The notes under the pieces: generated by a model
Told to the model about the DNA's origin: nothing
What the model saw: only the letters and a program-made list of their open reading frames with translations
Databases searched by the model: none
Position numbers and translations under genes: made by a program
Source of the DNA: Nageia nagi
Taxonomy: Eukaryota; Plantae; Pinophyta
Reading direction: 5' to 3'
Assembly: GCA_050084985.1 (NCBI GenBank)
Contig: JBITNC010000001.1
Span: forward strand, 38,068,001 to 38,132,000
Length of the DNA stretch: 64,000 nt
Shown here: positions 54,267 through 64,000 of the stretch, piece by piece
Layout of the letters: each line of letters begins with the position of its first letter
Numbering within the stretch: the first letter of the stretch is position 1

Positions 54267-57200
54267 CTGTGATGAGCCATTCTAGGGCTCACTCCTCAAA
54301 CATGCTCTAGGAGAGGGACATGTTTCTTCTTGCTCCAAAATTGCTCAAGACAATCTCAAACATTCATAAAATATCCAATGGCTTGCTAGGATTGAAAAAA
54401 ATGGAATCAAACTTGTAGAAAATACCTTCAAACGTAACATCTTGCTAAGATGAGAAAATATGATAATAATGTAAGCTAATACCTCCAGTATCCCAACATC
54501 TTAGCCACAAACCAAAATGGTACTTAAACAATGCAAAAATGCTCCACAAACCCAATGTCCTAATTGAAGAGCCAAAATAGATATTAAATAATGCAAATAT
54601 CTCTCCAGATCCAATGTTGCAACGAGGAAGAGAAAAGAATAACGCGACAATGTAATTATGCTTCCAAATCCAATTTCCAAGCATAGAGAGACAAACATCA
54701 AGACATGGATGGCAAAATTATTGTATACCAACCTAAGGAGTTTGTACTAGGACTATCTGTAATAGGGTTATTTTGGATGTTTCCAAGGCCTCACCAATGC
54801 CAGAAGTAGTGAGGGAAGACTAGGTCTCCTCTACAGCAACTATGATTGAACCAACAACATTCCTCTCAAGATGGCTAGAGTAAGTTCAAGGGTAGCCTCC
54901 TATCCCCTTAATACCTCAAATGTAGGTTGCCATACAAGTGGCAAAGATCGAGTCTTCACTCAATACGAAATAAAAGGGTTTAATAACAAATTCAACATCT
55001 CTCATAATGACTATGAGTCCTCCTTTTATAGGTGAGGGTGATCATCTTTTAATTTTGCATTGAGATGATCCGACGATGAAGAGATGTGATTCGTGTATTC
55101 ATGTATCCAACATCCAAGATGGGGAGCCTTGGGATGGATGAAATCTCATCTAAGGGCCAAAAATGCCATTGTCCAAGAGGGGGTGATGTCGGAGTGCCTT
55201 GTGATCAATGCAATAGGTCCATGTGCCTAGGAGGGCCAGTTTGGGGTCTTGGGATGCTCACATACCCAATGTCCATGTTAAGGAGCTGTACATTGGCCTC
55301 AAGATTGCCAACGCGTAGTTTGAAGTGCCACGTCCATACTTGGAGCTCCAAATGACCTCGTAGTCGATGTAATCACCTAGGGTGATGCTCTATTTCAAAG
55401 AGAGGAGCACTAATGACTACAGATACATTTATTGCCAATATTACAATCATCAAGGTTAAAATATGCAACGCCTTGTTTACAGAGACTAATATTGCATTTA
55501 CAAATATAGTTGTCTTGATATTACAAATACAACATTATTAGCATTTTAGCAATTATCTAAATAAAAAATAAATAAATAAAAGGGCCATTTATTCCATAAT
55601 TAGAGCGTTATTAAGTCTCTTAGTGGAATTTACAACATTTTGATCAAATTCTTCAATAATAGACAAAATCACTCCTAAATTAATGTTCTCATTTATCAGA
55701 GGTGAAATTGGGAAAACACCTAATATATATATATATATTGTTGATCTATATTCTCCATATGGCCTTTAGCCTTAATCATTTATGTTGTTTCCCTTCTTAG
55801 AGTGGATCATAGTACTTCTTTTTCTTTATATAGTTGGGTTTCTTTGGGTATCCTTGCTTCTAGGGTTTCTGTTATCTTCCTTGTTAGAGTATTCCATGTT
55901 CTCTTTGATGGTTTGTAGTTTTTTTTGAAAATTTTTAATGTTTCTTTTTAAGCACATTCTATTTTTCTGATTTGAACTTATTAATCTTCCAATAGTTCCA
56001 AAATGTTTCCATGTTTGGAATTGATATCTCATACTGGTTGAAAGTGTCAAATCATTGGTGCCATATTCTTTGTGCAGATGAGCATGTGAAGAGTAAGTGT
56101 GGTAATGTCTCCTCTTCATTGTTACACATTATGTATCGGTTTTGAATTTTAAAGACTCTCTTGCCTAGGTTATTATGAGCCAAGATGCTATTATGGGCCA
56201 CTTACCAAGATAAACAATTAATCTTTTTCCATCCTTATTATTATCTTAATTTTAGAGCATGGGAGGGGGTTTGATTCTGGAGTTGATAGGATTTATTTGT
56301 ATTTCTCTTTAACTTGGTAGATACCAAGGTTGCTGAAGCCTCAAACTATTGTATTATATTTTGGTTTCTTCATGTAGGTTCTTTTAGCCAAGTTCGCAAT
56401 TATGGGCATACCAATTTTAAATTTCAATATGATTTTCCAATAACAATAGATGAAAATTCAAAATATTAATAATAGGATCTCATACCTTTAATTTAAATAA
56501 AATTAATTTTACATATAAATATCATGATATAATTATTGATTTTTATACTGATATTTTATTTATATAAATTTAATAATATTTATGAACAAAGCATTTAAGA
56601 CTATTTTGAATTAATTATACTTCAAAAATATATATTAAATAAATATATTTATCTAAGATTTGCACCTTGGTTTGATTATACCTAAAATAACTTTACATGA
56701 TTCTATATGGTACCAACACTTAGAGGAAGAAAGGATTTTTCATCCAATCATGTTACGAGAGTTGGAGAGGAGTGGGTGAGTTTTCCAATATCTCCTCCCT
56801 GACATGTTGCGGATATTCTCTAGTTGAATCGATGGTTGCTAGGCTAGTTGGCATGGATGGGGTTGGGTGTGATTGTTGAGTGATTTTTGTTAGACACCTA
56901 ATCCTTAGGGATTATGGTATAGATAGTATAGTATTAGATACTTACTATATTTAGTAAATTCGCAGCTTTGTGTGCGCTAGAATTTAGAGTGTCATTTCTT
57001 AGAGAATATGAAGAGTTACATTGTATATGAAGGGTCACCCAAGAAGGTGAATGTGAAGAATCAATCTTCTTGTGTATTACGACAATATTCTAACCTAATA
57101 CAATGCTTTTTGATCTTGAAGTTATTTGGCTTGGCATTGGTATCAAAGCCATGAAAAGTAGACTCTCTAACTCCATGAAAATCAAAGAGTGATTTTGTCC

Positions 57201-57944
57201 TAAGTTTTCCCGAAATCTTTGTCTTGCATTTTTGTTTTTTGCAAATTTTGTTTGTAAAAATTCATCTGTAAGCTCATTTTTGGATTCCTCTCGTTGTTTT
57301 TATATATAAAACGACCTATTTTATAGTAAAAGTGGAGAAACTGTGCTTGTTTGAAGTTTTAGTTTTATTCGTGGTGTTTGAAGAGATTTTGTGAAGTCAG
57401 TTGATGGTTTTTGTGAAGTTTTCGAGGTAGTTTTAGAAGAATTGCAGTTGCACATTATGTAAAAGAAATTTTGGCACCGTTTACTGCAATTCCCAACCTT
57501 GCTGATCGTCCATTCCTCTCACCCCTTGGTGCCTACCATTGCCCTTGTGCGCACATTGATCGTGCACTCCCATCGGACCAACGTGCAACCCGTGTGCTTT
57601 GAGACTCACTTGTAGCCCACTTCCCAGCAGCCAATGCGCCTCTGCATTACTTCCGAGCACCATTTCATTGGCACTCCATTTCAAACCCATGCGCACTCGT
57701 TTTAGAACCCAACCCCACGTTTTTCCTGGCCCATCATGGTGCACGTCGTCCAAGTCCCATCCCACGTGAAGTCTGCTCCCATCAAATAGAAACCCTCTCG
57801 TGTCTCCCAAGCTTCTTGAGTGTGCTTTCCAAACTTCAAACGACTCCCACGCTTTGACCACATGCCATTTTAGCCCAAACACACACCATTTTGACTCTAA
57901 TCGTAGGTCGTTTTATTCACACTAGCCTGACGCATTGTATAGAC

Positions 57945-58165
57945 CCACCACATTAGCCCCTTGCAGCTTGCTCATGTGGACCTTCCACATCATCACCTCA
58001 ATTAGCACCGCCACATAATCCTACCATGTCAACAGTTCGCCATATCAACCTACCATGTCAGCATCGCCACATCAGATTGCCACATTAGCAGGACCACATT
58101 AGAATGCCACATTAGCACGACCACATTAGATTGCCATATTAGCAGCTTGCCCTTGTCACGTCAGC
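57945..58165. repeat. Cluster of short CCACATTAG/CCACATCAG repeats in the Copia-C leader
   Basis: Copies at ~57948, 58067, 58080, 58094, 58107, 58121, 58134 (13/14-bp spacing); TCACGTCAGC at 58156. Confidence 0.85.
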
Positions 58166-58457
58166 CTACCTGCATAGTCAACATTCTACCTCGTAAAACA
58201 TGCTCAATTAGCATTTTGAATTTTTTTTGGCCTTTTTTCCTTGAAAAGTATTTTGGTCATAACTTCTTCATTTTTTGACTATTTTCGGCTATTTGTTTTT
58301 TCATTGGATCCAGAATTTCGATGGCTACAGTTAGAGATGGTTTTTAGACCTTGAAAATGTACAAATTTTGATAGAAATTATAGAATTTGTGTACTTATTT
58401 TTTGGGCAAAGATCATTTAAAAATTGAAAATTTTGAGATATTGAAGTTTTGTTAAAA

Positions 58458-61400
58458 ATGCATTCACTAGTGAGCATTGTTGGAATTGTGTTAACTGGTA
58501 AAGAAAATTGGCCGGAGTGGTTTAGAAAAATAAAACATACTTTAATTTTTAATGATTTTTGGGTTGGCATTTGTGATGGTGATAACCAACCTACCAAATC
58601 GATTGATGGCAAGGAGCTTGCGGTTTGGAACATGAAAAATAGTAAGGCATATGCTTTGATTGCTTCTTCAGTTAGTGAGGATGTCAACCAACACATTAGC
58701 TCCATAGATGATACGTGGAATGCATTCAAGAAACTCAAAGACTTGTTTGACTCTCATTTCGAATTGGAATTAATCCAACTTCAATTGAAACATTTTAACC
58801 TACAGTTAAAGAATGATGATCCCATGGCATTGATTTCTAAAATTAGAGCAATAATGCATGACATTGACTCTACTGGTGTGAAGATTGGTATTGCTCTCAC
58901 AACTTTGATTAAGGCATTGTACCCCACATATTCCAATTATTTTGAATCTTTGCAAGCTAGTGGTAACTTGAAATCTCTCACATTTGATACTTTGGCGGAT
59001 AAGATAGCAAAACGTTAGAAGGCATTTGGTAAGAAAACCAGTGAACCTACTTCAGACACATTATGTATTGCTGAAAAGGAAAAGAATGTTGCATATGATT
59101 CTTTTCAAGGTTAAAGTAGCAACTGTGGTCATTGTAGGAGGAATCATAGAGGCAAGGGGGTAGATCTAATCAAGGTGATCATGATGAGAGGAACAATCTC
59201 CATTATAAAAGATGCAATAGACGAGGCCATGAAGCTAATACCTATCGCATTCTATGGGAAAAGTTCAAAGAAAGGAATGAAAAACGAAAGCAAGATAAGA
59301 ATAAGAATTCTGATTCCACTCACTATGTTACACTATATTGTAACAATACAATTAAAAATTTGTCCAATACTTCATTTGCATCTTGGGAGGATGCATGGTT
59401 GCTTGACATTCGTGCGACATGTCACATGACATTTCGAAGGGAATTCTTTGAAGAGATGAATACCAACATTGATGGTGCGGTATACTTTGCTAATAAATCC
59501 TGTATCAAACCTTTGGGTATTGGTATTGTGAGACCCAAATTTCCAGGCCTTCCATATATGATTCTTCGTAATGTGCTCTACATTCCTCAATTGCGAAGGA
59601 ACCTATTATCTCTTGTGCTCATTCGACTCAACTCATATATTCGATGGGATTGTGGAGATAAGGAGCTCATCTGATAACAAAGTGGTGATGACTAGTGGGG
59701 AGGATGAAAAGCTGTTGAAGATGCATGGAAGTTCTGCTAAATCAAAGAATTTTGCCTACCTCACCCATTAGGAAAAAAGTACTCTTTCATCTAGTCTTTT
59801 GTGACATGCAAGATTTGGCCGTCTCAATTTCGATGATCTCTGTTCGTTGAAATAGAGATGTTTTTTGGATTGCCTACTATTTTCTAGGAACATAGAACCT
59901 TGTGAAGTATGTGTACTAAGAAAGCACAACAAACAACCTTTTCATAAATTTTAGAGAATGTAGAAAATTAGAACTCATACACTCCGATTTGTGTGGATCA
60001 TTGCCTGTCCCTTCTGCTATTGGAAACAAATATATCATGACTCTCATATATTATTACACTAGGATGTGTTGAGTGTATTTGTTGAAGAACAAGTTGAATG
60101 TTTTGAAAAGTTTAAGTAATTTTATGTGATGATTGAGAAAGAAGCTAACACTCATATTGGCACACTTCATTTTTATAATTGGGGTGAATACAATTTAGTT
60201 GAATTCAAGAACTATCTTAGTTAGCATGGAATCAAGCATGAAACAATTGTTCCCTATAATCTACAACAGAACGGTGTAGCTGAAAGGATAAATAAAACTT
60301 TGTTGAATATGACATGGGCAATGTTGTTTTTCAAGAATGTGAAAATTATGTTTTGGGGTGATGTAGTTGCTTGTGTACTCTATGTCAGAAATAAATGTCC
60401 ATCTCATGCTGTAGATGATAAGACTCCGTATGAAATGTGGTTTGGCCATGTTCCTTCGGTTCGACATCTTAGGGTTTTTGGTTCCACCTGTTATCCCCTA
60501 GTCCCTAAGGAACAAAGAAACAAACTTGGTGCCAAAAGTCGAAAATATATTTTCTTGGGTACTCAGATACTACCAAAGGCTATAAGCTTTATAACGAGGT
60601 AAACAAAAAGTTCCTCTTTGCAAGAGATGTCATTTTTCTGGAATGTTCCAAGAGTGACTCGACTGTTGAGCGACAAGTTGATCACCTTGATAGGTTTACC
60701 CATGGAAAGCATTTCTTTGAACATGATTATAATATTCCAAACACTAAGGGGGGGATCCTTATATTAAATCAATCTTTGGAATCTACACCTCTTGTGCCTG
60801 TTTCAGAAGTGCCTGAGCCAGCAGTAGCACTTGGTTTAGTAGTATAAGAACCTCCTCCACTACAACAAGATCCTTCCTCTTCGTCAGTTTCAACAGGTCC
60901 TTTGGATGATGTGATTGAAGGGATCAATAGGTTGAATCTTGAAGTAAATGAAGAACCTCCTCAGCCTGTTGAGCAACTAGAACCATCACAAAAGATTCCT
61001 AAGTGGCTCTCCAAAACACTTGAGAGTGTTCATCCTGATGAAGTTGGAAAGATGGAAACTAAGAGTTCCTACAAAAACATAATTGAAGATGGAGCAGTAG
61101 AGGATTCAAATTCAGTGATGATATGGAGGATATGGAATGTTCTTTTGATTGTGAATTGAATTTCTTTGCTGATTGTGAGCTGACTTCCTTTAAAGAAGCT
61201 TTTACTCATGATGTCTGGAAGGATGCTATGAAGGAGTATGATGCTCTCATCAAGAATGGGACGTGGAAGTTGGTGGATCCTCCATATGGAACCAAACCTA
61301 TTGGATGCAAGTGGGTTTACAAAAACAAGTATAGATTAGACGACTTATTTGAGAAACACAAAGCTTGGCTTGTGGCTAAGGGTTTTGCATAAGAAGGTTT

Positions 61401-62700
61401 AGACTATGATGAGCCCTTTGCTCCCACAACAAAATGGGCTACTATTTGTTCTTTGTTGGCAATGTCAGCTCAACATGGATGGAAAGTTCATGAAATGGAT
61501 GTGAAGTCTGCTTTCTTGAATGGTGATTTGAAAGAATATGTGTAAATGAGACAACTAGAAGGATTTGCAGTGAAGGGTTAGGAACAAAAATTTTGTAAGC
61601 TCATCAAGCCCTTGTATGGCCTAAAACAAGCTCCTCATGTTTGGTACGAAAAGCTTACTGAGGATCTATTGAAGATAAATTTTGAACACTTTAATCTTGA
61701 TGATGCAACATTGTTTGTTAAAAAAGTTGGCAAAACTGTTGTATATCTTGTGGTGTATGTAGATGATCTTTTGATAACTGGGAATAATGAAAGTTACATT
61801 GCATTCGTGAAATAAGATTTGAAGAGAGGTTTTGAAATGACAGATATGGGACATCTTCATTACTATTTGGGCATTGAAATGACATAAAACCCAAGGTACA
61901 TTTTCATTTCCCAAATAAAGTACATTTGAGAATTGTTGAATAGATTTGGCATGACAAATTGTAATCCTCTTTCCACTCCAATGGAAAAAAATTTGAAGTT
62001 GAAATCTATTGAAGGGAATGCATTTGAGAATGCAACGAAGTATAGATAACTCGTTGGAAGTCTTATATATTTAACCACAACTAGGCCAAACATTTCATGT
62101 GCGGTTGGACTTCTCTCTCGGTTTATGCAAAATCCGTGTGGACATTAGAATGCAACAAAAATAGTTCTTCGATATTTGAAAGGCACACATGAATTAAGGC
62201 TCACGTATTCCAAAGTAGGAGACTTCAAATTGATTGGATATACAGATTCAGATTTTGATGGTGACAGAAAATGGAGTTTCGATTTCAAGATATGCTATGA
62301 GTCTTGGATCGACATCTATCTCTTGGAGATCATGAAAGCAACTTGTTTCGACAGATTCCACTACAGAGGAAGAGTACGTGGTTGCTACAGAGGCAACAAA
62401 GGAGATTGTGGCTCAAAAAGATATTGGAAGATTTGTAGGAAAAACAAGTGAATCCATCTCCACTTCTGATTGATAATATTTTTGCAATTCAATTGGCCAA
62501 GAATCCAAAGTTTCATGATCGAACAAAGCACATCAACACAAAGTATCATTTGATTCAACATGTAGAGGTCAAGACAACTCAATTGAAACGTTGTCCCACA
62601 TATGAGCAAGCAATGAACATCTTCACCGAGACACTTCAAAGATAAAAGTTCGAGAAGATGCTTGGACTTACCAACTCCTTTGCGGATTATGAGGGGAATG
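58458..62700 (+). pseudogene. Copia-C gag-pol, disrupted
   Basis: LTGKENWPEW (gag); WLLDIRATCHMT (protease); LELIHSDLCG; QQNGVAER; IGCKWVYK; YGLKQAP; LVVYVDDLLITG; GYTDSDF; HDRTKHINTKYH. Many stops and frameshifts. Confidence 0.93.
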
Positions 62701-62999
62701 TTAGACACCTAATCCTTAAGGATTATGGTATAGATAGTATAGTATTACTAACTATATTTAGTAAATTCGTAGTTTCGTGTGTGTTAGAATTTAAAGTGTA
62801 ATTTTTTAGAGAATATGAAAAGTTACATTATATCTCAAGGTTCTCCCAAAAAAATGAATGTGAAGAGTTAACTTTCTTACGTATTAAAACAATATTTTAA
62901 CCTAATACAATGCTTTTTGATCTTGTAGTTATCCGACATGACTATTTTGACACAAAAAAACTCCGTAGATATGAAATCTAATTCCAAAGATAATTCCCT

Positions 63000-63320
63000 A
63001 TAAAGAATAGTTTCCAATAAAAATAGAAGAGTCTTTCATTTAAGTATTAACTTACTCTTTTATCCTCCAACTTACTTAAGAAAATTCAATAGTTTCCAAC
63101 CAAAAAAAAATAAAAAAATGGATCTATGATTTAAGTTTTAAACTACTTTTTTATCCTCCAACTTACTTAAGAAATTCAATAGTTTCCGACTTAAAAAAAC
63201 AAAAGAATCATCTTTCATTTAAATCTTAACTACTCTTTTATCCTCCAACTTACGAAAATTCAATAATTTTCAACTAAAAAATGAAAATGATATTTCATTT
63301 AAATTTTAACCTGCTCTTCA
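63000..63320. repeat. Tandem array, ~87-91-bp unit, ~3.5 copies
   Basis: TCCTCCAACTTAC at 63063, 63154, 63241; recurring AATAGTTTCC and ATTTAA. Confidence 0.9.
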
Positions 63321-64000
63321 ATCTCTAAATTAATTTATATATTTTTTTCTTTATTATTCTATGATAAAAAGCAAATGAGAAAAATAAAGAACTGATGCCT
63401 AGAAGCTCTCCTTTAGGTTGAGATAACACACCATCATGCAAACGAGCTCCGTACAAAGAGCCCAACATACCTTCGTTAATTTACGGAGGTGTAGTTGTCG
63501 CTCTAGTACGGTTACGTATGCAAACTTTCCCATAACGAGTTTGCAAACTATGAGTAAGAGCAAGAAGGCAACGTTACAAAGATCGAAAGGCTCTATCGTT
63601 TTGCCATGTCGTTTATTCTGATCTAAGTTACCAGCGCGGTACAGAATAAAGAAATAATGTCATGAGGATGGCTCATGTTACTTCTTTTACATGTGTCGGA
63701 ATATGTGTTTCCACAGTAGCTGCAAAAAAAATGATATTTGATAAGTGTTATGTACATTTATATTTTCCGTTCATTTATTAGTACCCAGTTGTGAAATTAT
63801 ATGCCCACGGAATGTTGTGGTTGAAATCAGCGAGAGTTTTGGATATGCTGGGCATGGCAGAGAGAGCTTCAATTTTTATTCGTCTGACAAAGGAGTGAAG
63901 TTCCTAACCTAGTAAGTCTAAACCCTTGAAAAATATTTACTTTTCTGATTTTTAACCCACAAAAACACCTTGGTTGTTAAGTTCATTTGCTTTCCCTTGG

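Larger units (their letters stand above)
44019..55723 (-). mobile_element. Non-autonomous Gypsy-derived LTR element (~1.5-kb LTRs, 3.4-kb internal region) with a Copia nested in its 3' LTR
   Basis: 5' LTR 54268-~55723. PBS TGGTATCAGAGCC (54266-54254). PPT-like GGGGAGGACGAACT abuts TGTAATG at 50896. 3' LTR is 50896-50565 plus 45191-44019. Flanked by (TA)n on both sides. Confidence 0.88.
56888..62938 (+). mobile_element. Full-length degenerate Ty1/Copia (Copia-C) with short LTRs and a long leader
   Basis: LTRs at 56888-57136 and 62699-62938 (TGTTAGACACCTAATCC...). PBS TGGTATCAAAGCC at 57138. PPT GAGGGGAA. Probable TSD TGATT/TGACT, offset by 2 extra T. Confidence 0.95.

Noticed and set aside
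57481-57882. 133-aa minus-strand ORF in the Copia-C leader
   Set aside because: It is an antisense read of a C-rich leader with no domain features. The other short ORFs in the track are likewise TE shadows.

Overview
This is an AT-rich, CpG-depleted plant intergenic window made almost entirely of old, nested and degenerate transposable elements. The large-genome, gymnosperm-like character is an inference from element types and motifs. I found no intact host gene, RNA gene or CRISPR array. From left to right it holds: a Gypsy LTR fragment and a Gypsy protease/G-patch remnant; a near-complete intron-containing hAT DNA transposon (minus strand); two chromovirus-type Gypsy remnants; an L1-type LINE split by a full-length Copia; a degenerate K/E-rich accessory ORF; a gag-less Copia fragment fused to a LINE RT fragment; a non-autonomous Gypsy-derived element whose 3' LTR carries a second full-length Copia; and a third full-length Copia. 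One ~1.5-kb LTR family (TGTAATGTCCCC...CTCATCACA, with internal ~59-bp repeats) occurs five times as a near-complete LTR plus one fragment. The most unusual item is its two-LTR member (44019-55723). It keeps the PBS, the PPT, a 2.3-kb repeat-rich leader and only a Zn-knuckle + aspartic protease + chromodomain-tail remnant, with no capsid, RT, RNase H or integrase. I see no convincing evidence of a wholly new biological system; the findings concern TE architecture and DNA-repair footprints.
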